From NCBI GenBank assembly GCA_951406725.2, contig OX597826.1:81282001-81346000 (forward strand): DNA of 64,000 bases, read 5' to 3'. The DNA comes from Octopus vulgaris. Its lineage: Eukaryota. Below are positions 50,646-63,269 of this stretch, piece by piece; the first letter of the stretch is position 1; every line of letters begins with the position of its first letter. The notes beneath the pieces were generated by a model that worked only from the letters and a program-made list of their open reading frames with translations, was not told the DNA's origin and ran no database searches. Made by a program: the position numbers and the translations under genes.

Positions 50646-53600
50646 TTACCAACAGTTTGGTTGTTGGTAATATCTTCAGTATTTCTTGTCCATGTTTAAT
50701 GCTGGAATGGGTTGAATAGTCTGAGAGAGGATCTGATGGGACGAAGGGCTGCATGATGCTTCACTGTCTGCTTTGGCCTGGTTTCTATCTTTGGATGTCC
50801 TTCTTAATGCCAGCCACTTCACAGCATGTGCTGGGTACCTGTTCTCATGATACCAGTGCTCATGAGGCTGTCATGAAGTTTGTAAGGTTTCAAACCCAGG
50901 GAGGTGGGGGGAACTTTATGATAGGAGCTGAGGGGCATAAGATGGATAAGCATGAGGCGGATAAGAGGGACAGATGGAAAGTTGTGGCTGCTGACTTCAA
51001 CGGGGAATGAGGCCGCATGCCATTCCATGACACGGAGCTTGTTGGCTAAGTCCTGATATTTCAATTCCTTTCGCTGGTGGTAAAGTCAATCCTCCTGGGG
51101 CAGTGTGAGTTTGACCATGATGATTGTTTTTGTATTCCTGGAGTGCAGGAATGCAAATTGTATTGGTGGGGGTAGTTGGGATGAGTGAAAGTGGGGGTGG
51201 AGTAGAGAAGAGAATTAATGGATGAAGGGTGGGTAACAAGGGAAATGGTGCTGGACAGTAAGAAAAGAAAGTGGTCACATGGAAGCAGTGCAGTTTGGGA
51301 GATAACTAAGGGTGTACCTTAGGGTGGAAGGAAATGGTGAAACTAAATAGGAACCTGCAAGTGTCGTTGTATCAATCTTTACATAAAAACAAAATGTGTG
51401 GAATTATCTTTGAATTATCATCATCAATATTCTTGTGTAAAAAACACCTGTGCTGGTACCACATATAAGGCAGCCAGTACCCTGTAAAGTGGTTGGTGTT
51501 AGGAATAGCATCTAGCAATAGAAATCTTGCTAAAACAGGTAATTGGAGCCTGGGTGGCTCTCCAGCCTTGCCAACACCTGTCAGACTATCCAGCATTAAA
51601 TGAAGATGAGGGGTTGAACTGGTTTTTTATAAGTTACTATGAAATATCCAGCAAGGAACTCATTTATTTGTAGCAGTAGAGTTGATGGAGACTGTGTAAA
51701 GCCATCTTTAATATTCTTCTTTAGGAAAACATTGCTGTGAGTTGAATTATTGCTGTGCTGACCATATTTTAAAAAAAATAAATGAATTTATTAATCCAAT
51801 TTCCATGGAATATTTTTTTATTGATTACAATAAGGAGAGATTACAAAAAAATTTTTTTTAGAAATTGCATGAAAGAATTAGACCAATCCTTTTGGCAGCT
51901 TGGCTGATTTGGACAAGTTGGTAGGAGGTCAAAAAATAAAAAATAAATAGGTCAATAATTATTTTTAAAAAAACAGCGTTCTTTGCATGTAAGCAAAGCA
52001 GTCAAAAATGTATATCAAAAGTAAATCTGGAAATATAAAGTATAAATATTATAAATACTGTAGTTGTATAAAATAAAGTTTAGAAAAGAGTTTGGTTCAG
52101 CAGTTTGTGGGTTATAATGATTTTTCAAAATTTGACAGCAAAAAAATGCTTTTTAGCTTTTGTGGTAAAATATTACTCCATATATTAATCTAGTACATAT
52201 AAATTGTAGAATATGTATGTATATTGACTAACACACATTTCCACAATTTTCAACTGATTTTCACCAAACTTTACACACTCATTACTTATGTCTCAAAGAT
52301 GGTCATGCACTATAACATTTTGCCCAGAGCTCCCACATAAATGGACAAACCAGCAAAAACTGGTTTACACAGGTTTTTTCTCTAATTTGTTGTATGTACA
52401 TTGTTTTTTTTTTTGTTTGTAGGGTTTTCCATAGTTTTTTAATCTCTATGGTCATATATAAGCATTAGAGAATACTTTTGAGTGGTTTCCACATTTTTTA
52501 AAATTATTTATTTATATGTTGTAATTGTGTTTTATTACTTGATTAGAGAATATAATAAAAGTGAAAGGATTTTATCTCTTTCAACTGTCCACCTGTTAAT
52601 ATTTATTTGCTTGTTGTAAATGTGTATTATTACGTGGTTTGAGAATATTATAAAAGCGATATGATTTTGTCTATTTATTACCCTAACCCTAACTCGCCAC
52701 AGTGATTAAATTGACTTGGAACACTATACACAAGGAATATCCAATACTAATCTTAATCTCCATATTTAAACTGCATTACACCTTTGTCAAACTTACCTTT
52801 ACCTATTCTGAGTTACCTGAAAGGTGATGTTCCCTTCCCTCTCTTCTATTTGTTGGTACCTTCATTTACCTACCAAGGCGTTGTTTCACTTTAAGGATGC
52901 TTATTTACCCATCCGTCATGATATTTTGAATGCAACATCTTTTCACTGTGAACTGCTAGAGATTCAAAGCAATATTCGTGAACTGAAGCCAAACACTTCA
53001 TATCTTCATCTTTTGTGACCTGAAGTCACATTCAGACTGGTCGTACTCTGTAAGCAGGTAACAAATACATTCTTTTAACTCTGCTTTTTCAAGTACGTTG
53101 TATATTGCCATTTTTGAACTTACCAATCATACTTCTCTCCCAAAAAATAGCTCCCTTTGCTGTTGAAAAAAATAAACTTGCAGAGGGGAAGTTTCAGCGT
53201 CTTCCTTCAGTTTCCTTACACCATTTATGTGGCTGTTTCTCACAAGAAATTTCGCTTTCATGTAAAACAACTATATTTTGTAGTCATTATCTGTAATCTA
53301 CTGCCAAAACACTTCATTAGCTCTACTTTGCATCGCCTGCAAACTTATATGTTCTGTGATCATGAAAGTGCAGCGACCTCCGCAATAACCAGTCTTCAAT
53401 TTGATTTTCCGTCCCTAGGTTAATCGCAAACATAGATTGCCATGCTATTCATAAACCTTCTCGGTAGTTCAAATATTTGGTGAAAGAAAACCACCAAAGC
53501 AACTTAAACCGTCCAAAGGATGGGTGTGTTTGCTAGCCCTGTTACAAATAAAGCTCTTTTGACAAACCAATACTCAACAAAGGTGATGGGGGGGGGTTCA

Positions 53601-53759
53601 AAATTCAAGCCAGTGATACCTTTAGTTAGTTATGAGGGAGAGAATGACGACAGATAATTTCATAGAAAGAAGTATGGCGGTTATGACGAAATATTTTGTG
53701 GAACTTGATGGCAGTGTCGTATGTATATGTATGTGTGTGTGTGTATACATATATATATA

Positions 53760-55740
53760 TATAAAGTGAAAGAAGTTTTGATTGAGGATTGTTTATTTTG
53801 GGAGTCTTCCATGATTTATGAATGGCATGGTGGAGTAAGAGAACTTTGCAATTTCCTCTGGCAGCAACATAGTAAGAGAATTTTGAGTATATTAAAGAAT
53901 AAAGAGTGATTCTAACATTTTCAGGAAGAAGGTAAGGAATTCTATTTAACATACCAAGAGCATGGGAATTTTGTTTGAATAAATTGCTTATCCATGTTTT
54001 GAAACTGAGGAACTCATCAATATGAATGCCGAGAAATTTTGTTGATGTTACATGTGAAATTGGTTTACCTGCAATGAGGACATTAGGAAGAAGCTGCTTG
54101 GGCTTTGTGGAGAAAAACATGTAGCAGGGTTTTTTTCTATATTAAGGGTAAGCTGATTAGTGATAAGCCATTGATAAACCTTGTTCAGTTCTGAATTAAT
54201 TGTATTGAATAGGGAGGGAAGGTCCTGGTGACTAATAAAAATAGTAGAGTCATCAGTGAAATGTAGAAAATTTAATAAATTAGTAGAATTGCACAAGTCA
54301 TTTATATAGATAAGGAACAGTAATGGGTCCACTATGGACCCCTAGGGGATTCCTAGCTTTATAGGGGATAATGGTGATTTTGATGTTTCAACAGTAACCT
54401 ATTGTTAGGAACTCCATGTATTCCTATATGCCTAAGTTTGGCCAACTATATCTCTGACTGTACTGAATTGAACGCTTTACTGATATCTAAGAAAAGTGCA
54501 AGGAAATATTTAGATATGTTTAGTGAGCAGTAGGCATGATCTAGAAATTCAAGGATTGCATCAGCAGTACTTGAGTTTTCTCTAAGGCCAAATTGGTGAT
54601 TTGATAGTATTTTGTTAAGACTGAGAAATGACTGTAGTCTCTTGTACAAACAGACTTTGTAAATATATGAAGGGATATTTCCATTTGAGTCTGGTTTATT
54701 TTTAAGGGAGTTTATAACAGATCTTACTTCGTCTGGGGAAAAATGAAATGCAAAGAAAGAGTTTGGGTTACTAGGGCCCATGTAGCGGGGATCCAATCGT
54801 TAAGGTTCGTAGCTATATTAGAGAAGTAATTATTGAAGGTGCAGGCTATATCTTGTGGGGTTAGGGATTTATTTTCCTGTAGAATTTTATGCATCATATG
54901 TTTCTTCTTTTGATTGTTTGCAAGAGTGCTTTTTGTTTTCTTCGTATCACCAAGATTTGCATGAAAGTTATTTTGAAAATATTTATATTTAGCCCATTTT
55001 ATAATGGTAGTGAGTAGTATTTCATATTTATTATAATTTTGAAAGGTTAGTTGGTCATTTTGTATATTGGCAAAAAAGCGCATACTTTTTATTGATGTGA
55101 TTTCGAATCCCACTTGTCAACCATGGTTTGAGGTAAGAATTAGGAGAGATTTGTTTTGATCGAATCGAGCAATACATATATATTTCAGAGAAAGTTGTGG
55201 TAAAAGTTTCTGTTTTAAGATTAATGTCTGAAATCGGAAGATTTATAAAATTCGAAGCAAATGTCTGAAGAGACTTGTGCATTTTATCTAAGGAGGTCTG
55301 GCTATGATGATCACAGTGATATTTTATGATTGGATCATGTAAATATCCTTCAAGGTTGAATAGGGTGAATGTAGGAGATTGATCAGTTATTTCTATGTCA
55401 AAAACTCCAGAATGAGTATTGGAAAGTTGATTATATTTGATCGAGACACGAACTGGAAGTTGCTGAAGATTGAGTAGATAATGTGATGAGGGGCAGAAAA
55501 GATGAAGACTAAAGCGTAATTATTAATTGATTTCCAGTGTTTGTAGGATTTAAGATATCAATGTTAAAATCATCAGATACAACTGCGGTGTGGTTCAGAT
55601 TACAAGAAGACAAAATATTTGATAGACACATACTAAATTCCTGGATGCTGGCGTCAGGAGCTCAATAAACTCCTATTACATGTAGAGGAATTAACAGTTA
55701 TTTTAACAGAACATGCTTCCATATTATTATTATTATTAAT
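53760..55740 (-). mobile_element. L2/CR1-group LINE ORF2 remnant, heavily frameshifted
   Basis: QFGLRENSST...FLDISKAFN, PLLFLIYINDL...FTDDST, KFLGIHID and KPWLTSGI motifs. Confidence 0.88.
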
Positions 55741-55934
55741 ATATGACCAGTTATCTATTAAAGAAGAACTTAGTTTGGATTGTATATACACACTTATACA
55801 ATCACCTTTTTTTATGCTCATGAAAAATATTGTAGCCAGGTGTGTAGATGCACTATTGTTTATACTAAACCAGGTTTCAGAAAATACGAGAATTTCAAGT
55901 ATTTTTACATAATTTGTTTAAGTATGATAAGAAT

Positions 55935-57398
55935 TCATCATCGTTTAACGTCCATTTTCCATGTTAGCATGGGTTGGAAGGTTTGACCGGGGTCTGGGAA
56001 ACCAGGACACTGCACCAGGCTCCAGTCTGATCTGGCAGTGTTCCTACAGCTGGATGCCCTTCCTAATGCCAACCACTCCGTGAATGTAGTGGGTGCTTTT
56101 TACATGCCAGGTGAGGCTGGCAATGGCCACGATCGGTTGATGCTTTTTATGTGCCACCAGCATGGAAGCCAGTCAAGGCAGAACTGGCATCAGCCACGTT
56201 CGGATGGTGCTTTTTATGTGCCACTGGCACAGGTACCACAGCTATAATTTCCATTTGTTTTTTATTTTGATGTTGCTCTACTTGACCCAATAGGTCTCCT
56301 CAAGCACAGCCCTACGACACAAGGTAAGCACAGCAGGTTGTCCTATGATCCAAGTTACTCTAGAACGGACCAGCATGGGTTATGCAAAACTGGTGTAGGA
56401 TACAGCCATGAACTCACTTTATTTGCCGGGTTTTCTCAATCACAGCATATCTCCAGAGGTCTCAGTCTTTCGTCATTGCCTCTATGAGGTCCAACATCCG
56501 AAGGTCATGCTTGACCACCTCATCTCATGTCTTCCTGGGTCTGCCTCTACCCTCTACTGTTTGGGAGTGGCACTTCTTCACACATGCATCGCACAATCTA
56601 CTTTTCACTCTGAGCGAGAGACCCTTTGTCACCAGTAGGGGTAGGAGCTTTCTGAACTTTGCCCAGGCTATTCGTATTCTAGTGGTGACACTCTCTGAAC
56701 ATCAACATCCACTAATAACTTGGTCACCTAGGTAGCAGAAACTATCAACTACTTCTAGTTTCTTCCCCTGGAGTATGATGGAATCTGTTTTCTGAGTATC
56801 TGTGGTGTCTATGGTCCCTGTGCATCTGCCGCACACAAAAGCTATCTTCTTGGTTAATCTTTCTTTCATGTTGCTGCACCTCTTATGTGTCCATAGCTTA
56901 TACTGGGTACATCTTATGGGGTTTCTACCTACACCTTTTCTACAGATCAAGCAAAGCCACCTACCTGAAGGGTGTGTGATGAGTTCGCCTTCTTACTTAC
57001 TAGAACTTTGGTCTTTGCTACATTGACTCTAAAGCCTTTTGATTCTAAACCTTGCTTCCACACCTGGAATTTCTTTTCTAGTTCCTGTAGTGATTCTGCC
57101 ATGAGGGTCAGGTCATCAGTATAAAGGAGCTCCCCGGGGCAACCTGTCTTGAATTCCTCTGTTATTGCCTGGAGGACTATGATGAATAAAAGGGGACTGA
57201 GGGCTGAACCTTGGTGAACTCCTACTTCTACCCAGAATTCTTCCCTATACTCATTGCCAATCCTAACCTTACTATCGGCCTCTCTGTATAGGGCCTGTAC
57301 AGCCCTTATTAAACATTCGTTAGTTTCCGCATCGCCCACCAGATAAGAGATCAGGGGATCCTGTCAAAGGCTTTCTCCAAGTCCACAGAAGCTAAGTA
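55935..57398 (-). mobile_element. RTE-clade LINE, truncated
   Basis: GVHQGSALSPLLF, LLYTDDL and the Cys-rich insert; tail at 55935. Confidence 0.9.
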
Positions 57399-57547
57399 TC
57401 TATGTTTTTATTAAACAAATCAATAGAAAATAGTAGCTGTAACATACTAAAATGGTTCCAATTGAAATAATTTGAGATTTTAAAGAATATTGTAAATTAT
57501 TGAAGAAAAAAATTGTTAGCTTCAGACCCTTTCTGTTAGTTTCATCA

Positions 57548-58223
57548 GATTAGATTGTTTTTTCGATTCCTGTTGGGGCAAGTGAAATCGGAAACGAAAT
57601 TGAACCAATCCTATGACTGGCACCCGGCAGTTGCCAGAGCCGCTGGACTGACTCCTGTGCAGGTGGCAAGTAAATAAACAGTGTTTCGACCCTGTGCTTG
57701 AGGAGACCTATGGAGTCAAGTACACCAACATCAAAAATCAATGGAAACTGTATTGTGATCCCTGTCCCGGTGGATCGTAAAAAGCATCATCCGAACATGG
57801 CCGATGCCAGCACCGCCTTGAATGGCTTCCGTGCCGGTGGCATGTAAAAAGCATCATGCGAATGTGGCCGATGCCAGCACCGCCTTGACTGGCTTCCGTG
57901 CCGGTGGCACGTAAAAAGCACCATCCGAACATGGCCGATGCCAGCACCGCCTTGAATGGCTTCTGTGCCGGTGGCACGTAACAAGCACCAATCCGATCAT
58001 GGCCGTTGCCAGCCACGCCTAGCACCTGTGCCGGTGGCACGTAAAAAGCACCCACTACACTCACGGAGTGGTTGGCATTAGGAAGGGCATCCAGCTGTAG
58101 AAACACTGCCAGATCAGACTGGAGCCTGGTGCAGCCTCCTGGCTTCCCAGATCCCTGGTTGAACTGTCCAACCCATGCTAGCATGGAGAACGGACGTTAA
58201 ACGATGATGATGGTGATGATGAT
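57548..58223 (+). mobile_element. RTE 3' region with 67-bp tandem repeats
   Basis: aaagca.catccgaac.tggccgatgccagcaccgcc units at 57781, 57848 and 57915; (GAT)n tail. Confidence 0.85.
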
Positions 58224-58733
58224 AGCATTGTGATAATCAGAAAACCTCTTTCCTTCACCATTTTAAGTTACGCACATATATTAAAGTTTTATTGTTTGGA
58301 AAATGGTGAATTAAAGTTGATTGGATTAATTTATTTTTAATTTGTTCTGGCAGAAATTTGTCAGTCCAAGTTGTGCTTTGGGATCTGAGCAAACATTACA
58401 AGTCAAGGCAGGGGTACGTTGTGCAAGGCATTTGGAGTTACCAGTGGTATATATTTTAGCTTTCTTTAGTGTATATATGTATGTTATACAAAACTGTGTT
58501 TGTAATTATACTTCATAAATTTGATGTTGGAAATTCTCTTATCCAAATCAGTTTCTCATCTTAAAATTTGGGGTGGGTTGGTGATGGAGGGTGAAATTCC
58601 ATTGATTTTGCTTTAAAAAATTGCTGACTCAGAATCCTGATTTTCAAATATTAAATTTAAGTCATCACAAACATATTAGGTTATGTTTAAAAACGCCATT
58701 TTTTGATTTTTGTTAACGTAAGTTTATATTCTT

Positions 58734-59295
58734 AATAATAATAATAATTAGGCATGTCCACGTGTGTTAGAAACATGGAGATCAAAAAGGTGTTCAGTGT
58801 TGTTGTTGGTGAGGTGGTTGATAACCTTGTGGGTGTAAACCAAGTCCGTCGCCAGACGCCGGAGCTTCAGTGAATCCATGCCCAGGGAAACAAGGCGCTC
58901 AGAATATGGTAGGTGTCTGATGGAGGGTATGCGTTTGGTTGCACGTCTCTGGACAGATTCCAGGAGGTCAATGTTCTGAGCAAGATAGGGATTCCAAACT
59001 GATGATGCGAATTCCAAGTGTGGTCGTACCATAGCTGTATACAGTTTTAAATAGATGGCTGGAGAGCGGCTAACAAAAGTCTTGCTGAGTGATGCCAAGA
59101 CACCCTCGGCCTTCTTGACCATTTCAGAGATATGCTTTGTCCAACGCAAATCACTGCTGACAGTGATGCCTAGGTCACGCTCGCGAGAGGATTTCTTGAT
59201 ATCAGTGTTGTGGAGGGAGTATGTGGACGCAGGGTTTTTTCTCCCAAAATGCATGGTACACTTGTCCACAGCCAGTTTCAGTTGCCAGTCTGTGA
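58734..59295 (-). mobile_element. Young CR1-clade LINE fragment upstream of the ZNF6 promoter
   Basis: Stop-free ERDLGI..VRPHLEFASSVWNP..LESVQRRATK..TRGH; (TTA)n end; absent at the paralogous site near 46650; tctt on both sides. Confidence 0.9.
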
Positions 59296-61292
59296 TCTTG
59301 AATATGTTTAACAAATCTTCATCTGCTGTAAGCGTTAGAGTTTATCATTTTAGAGAAATCGGAAAAGGAGAAATGCGAACAAAGCAAGTATAATTTGAAA
59401 TTGGGTCCAGGCTAGCCCTAGCGGTAATTTGGAAATCGATTTTAGATGACCGGGTGGTAACTTGAAATGTAGGGAACGTTGAAGGCTTTACACCGGGTTA
59501 TTATCGTCATCGTCGGCGGAATGATTACGAAACTGTGGTTGACAATAAACCTCTGTCTCCTTTTATGTTAATTGCATTCGTTTCCCTGATTTTCGCCGAT
59601 TCCGACCAAAGTCTGCTGCAACGATTGTCAAAGATGTCATAGTGTTAGCCAAGCGAATTAACATTATGTAAAGAAAACGTGAGTATTTAAAGGAAATTCA
59701 AAACTACATAAATTATTTCCAAGCGGAGAGTTTCGGAATCCCACATCGACAAGTACCTGCTGCCCATCGAGTACCGTCAGCTATTCTAAAGCTTCACCGT
59801 TCTCAATATTTCCGTTTCTCCTTTGCAATTTTCACTTTCTGTAGATTTCTTTCCCACCCATAGCTACACCTCGGACTCCGCATAGAAATCCCACCCTACT
59901 CTACCAAAGTCAATTCCTTCTCGATGGGAACAGGGTCTTCTCTTCTTTCCTATTTACTAATACATTAATTTTCGCTGTCTGTCGATTGTTTCCATGCTTG
60001 AAAGGGAGTAGAGCATCAGAATAAGGGGCTACCCCTTAGCAGCCGGCCTTAAAGTCTTTTGTTAGGGCTTAGAGAACTATAACGAACAGAAACTGAAGAG
60101 AGAGAGAGAGAGAGAGAGAGAGGGGGTCCTGGTGCAATCCCCTCTTCCCGCTGAATTCGTAGCCATACTCTTTCTTAAGTCTCACTTTGCTCCCTATACA
60201 TCGCTTGTGTGGCTCTCACAAGGCATTATTCAGCTATTCCAGATGTCTTCGGTGTTCACCAGACCACAGCTATGAACCCTATCATAGTTACTTGGGCAGC
60301 AAATGCTAGGTGTAGGGGCCAAGTCATGGCTAGATACTTCTCGGTTTTGGCACTAAATAACATTGCTTTATATAAATATCAGTCACTTCTTGAAAAAGGA
60401 TTTTCAATGTCAACTACCTAAACAACAACAATTCGTTGCAGGCGTAATTTTCCCTTTTCATTTGCAAAGTTTGTCACTGTCCATTAATGTTTACATTCGC
60501 TATTTGCAAACAACTACGACAAATTACTGAAAGAAATATTTACTACAAATTTAAATCTTTGATATAAGATAGTTTTTACCAGTAAGGTAATATTGTTTGT
60601 TGGTCAGAGATGTGTTTATGCAAAACTAGAAACAAATGATGTTTTTCGCTTGGTAGTGACCCTTGCTTCCAACTATCAAGACAAGTAGACATTTCTTTTC
60701 TGTGGTATGATATGTATCTCTATTAGATGTTAATTTCTGCTCTGTTATGTATGAAATCATGTTGTGATACGCTGGACAAGTTCAGTTGTATTCTAAAATT
60801 TATCACCATAAAAATGTGAATTTTTGGTGATTCTCTAGTTTAATTATTCTTTATATCTTTTACTGTTTCTCTATTATTTCAGGTCCTTGATGAAACTGGT
60901 ATCGAAATATTATCTTACATCAGAAGCATCATCAATATTTATCAGCTTTTAAAGATAAAGGAAGATTCTGTATAAGAAATATGATACTTGTATAAATCTG
61001 GGGAAGCATGGCAAAATGTTTCACTCTGGGTGAGATTATTAGCAACATTTTTGAAGGCCACCGTCTGGAATGAGAACAAAATTCTGCATTCTAAATAAAT
61101 ATATTTATAAATTACTTTACACCATCTTCAGATATTGGTAAAGACTGCAGCTGATGGGAATATAACTGAAGGAATACTTGTTAAAAATAATTTATAAAAA
61201 GAAAAGCAAGTGAAGTGTTCTTTTATTGTGGAGAAATAAGAAAAACTTATGTTATGAGTTAAAAGATTCCTTTAAATTTTTGTCCTTCAGAA

Positions 61293-62486
61293 ATGGCCAA
61301 AAAATTAGGAAAGTCCTCACATGAGTGTGATATCTGTGGAAAGTTATTCACTACAAAAAGTCATCTTACTACTCACGTACGTATTCATACAGGAGTGAGA
61401 CCTTATCACTGTGATATCTGTGGTAGATCATTCTCTCAATGTACTGAATTAAATAATCACAAACGTGTTCATACAGGAGAGAGACCTTATCACTGTGATA
61501 TCTGTGGACAATCATTCACTTGTAGTAATGTTTTAACTACACACAGACGTATTCACACAGGAGAGAAACCGTATCAGTGTGACATTTGTAGTAAATCATT
61601 CCGCAATAGTACGAACCTGACTGCTCACAAACGTATTCATACTGGAGAAAAACCATATCATTGTGATTTTTGTGATAGATCATTCTCTCGGTCTACTGAA
61701 TTAACTACTCACAAACGTGTTCATACAGGAGAGAAGCCATATAAATGTGATATCTGTGGTCAATCATTTACACGTAGAGATGTTTTAACCAGACACAGAC
61801 GTATTCACACAGGAGAGAGACCTTATCAGTGTGACACGTGTAGTAAATCATTCCCCAATAGTACAAACCTGACTGCTCACAAACGTATTCATACTGGAGA
61901 AAAACCATATCATTGTGACTATTGTGGTAGATCATTCACTCAAAATATCCAGCTAATTAATCACAAACGTATTCATACAGGAGAAAAGCCCTATGAATGC
62001 GATTTGTGTGATAAATCATTCTCTCGAATTGATACTCTAACAGTTCACAGGCACATTCATACAGGAGAGAAACCATATTGGTGTGATATCTGTGGTAAAT
62101 CATTCCCTCGAAATCGTGCCTTGATTGATCACAAATGCATTCATACTGGGGAAAAGCGATTCCATTGTGATGTTTGTGGTAAAGCATTCGTTCAAAGTAA
62201 TGTTTTAAAGGGACATATACTCATTCATACTGGGGAAAGACCATATCACTGTGATATCTGTGGTAAATCATTTGCTAAAAGTACTGCTGTAACTGTACAC
62301 AAACATATTCACACTAAAGAAAAGCCATATCATTGCGATATCTGTGGTAAATCATTCTCTCGCAGAAATTATCTGGCTAAGCACACGAGTATTCATACAG
62401 CTTCAAGACTACATCACTGTAATATCTGTGATAAATCATTCTCTCAGCATGATGAATTAACTAATCACATATGTATTCCTACATGA
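61293..62486 (+). CDS. C2H2 zinc-finger protein (ZNF6), 397 aa, 13 C2H2 fingers plus a terminal CxxC..HxC finger
   Basis: Intact ORF; putative upstream intron 59679-60882. Confidence 0.95.
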   Translation: MAKKLGKSSHECDICGKLFTTKSHLTTHVRIHTGVRPYHCDICGRSFSQCTELNNHKRVHTGERPYHCDICGQSFTCSNVLTTHRRIHTGEKPYQCDICSKSFRNSTNLTAHKRIHTGEKPYHCDFCDRSFSRSTELTTHKRVHTGEKPYKCDICGQSFTRRDVLTRHRRIHTGERPYQCDTCSKSFPNSTNLTAHKRIHTGEKPYHCDYCGRSFTQNIQLINHKRIHTGEKPYECDLCDKSFSRIDTLTVHRHIHTGEKPYWCDICGKSFPRNRALIDHKCIHTGEKRFHCDVCGKAFVQSNVLKGHILIHTGERPYHCDICGKSFAKSTAVTVHKHIHTKEKPYHCDICGKSFSRRNYLAKHTSIHTASRLHHCNICDKSFSQHDELTNHICIPT

Positions 62487-62761
62487 GACAAAACACATCA
62501 TTGATACAAACATTGTATCAGCACTCTGATGCTGATGATCTTAAGAGAAAAGTTGAGCATAAGAGGCATGAGATGTGGTGTGAAAGAGAGATGACTGTGA
62601 TGCGTATGGATGAGGACAGGAAGCAGTGCAGTTTGGGAGATAACTAAGGGTGTACCTTAGGGTGGAAGGAAATTATGAAACTAAATAGGAACCTGCAAGT
62701 GTCGTTGTTATATTAATCTTTACATAAAAACAAAATGTGTGGAATTATCATCATCAACATT

Positions 62762-62895
62762 TCTCTAACATTTTGTCATTTCATTAGTTTGAAATTTAAA
62801 ATTCCAGAGTTCTGGCTGCACCAATCCTTGTGAATATTCTTGATTTGAAATCGAAATAAAACTGGTTTACTCTTAAAGTGTTCTCGTTTTTTATC
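62762..62895 (+). other. Conserved downstream module of ZNF6
   Basis: ttccagagttctggctgcaccaatc...AATAAA (62855). Confidence 0.7.
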
Positions 62896-62954
62896 AAATA
62901 AATGAAAGTTTTTACTGATTTCAACATCATTTTACAGGCATTTTAAATACATAT

Positions 62955-63132
62955 ATGTAAAAAGCACCCACTACACTCTCGGAGTGGTTGGCATTAGGAA
63001 GAGTATCCAGCTGTAGAAACTCTGCCAGATCAAGATTGGAGCCTGGTGCAGCCATCTGGCTCGCCAGCCCTCAGTCAAAATCGTCCAACCCATGCCAGCA
63101 ATGGAAAGCGGACGTTAAACGATGATGATGAT
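62955..63132 (+). mobile_element. RTE-type 3' tail fragment
   Basis: Ends gacgttaaacgatgatgatg. Confidence 0.85.
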
Positions 63133-63269
63133 ATGTGTGATTACTTTTATATCAAGAGCAATCGACATTACAACACGAAAATTACTTATAAGATATGGTA
63201 ATAATTTGAAGAAGAATAACAATTGCTGGAAACTTTATTCGTTTTTTATGGAGTGCTATTAACATTATT

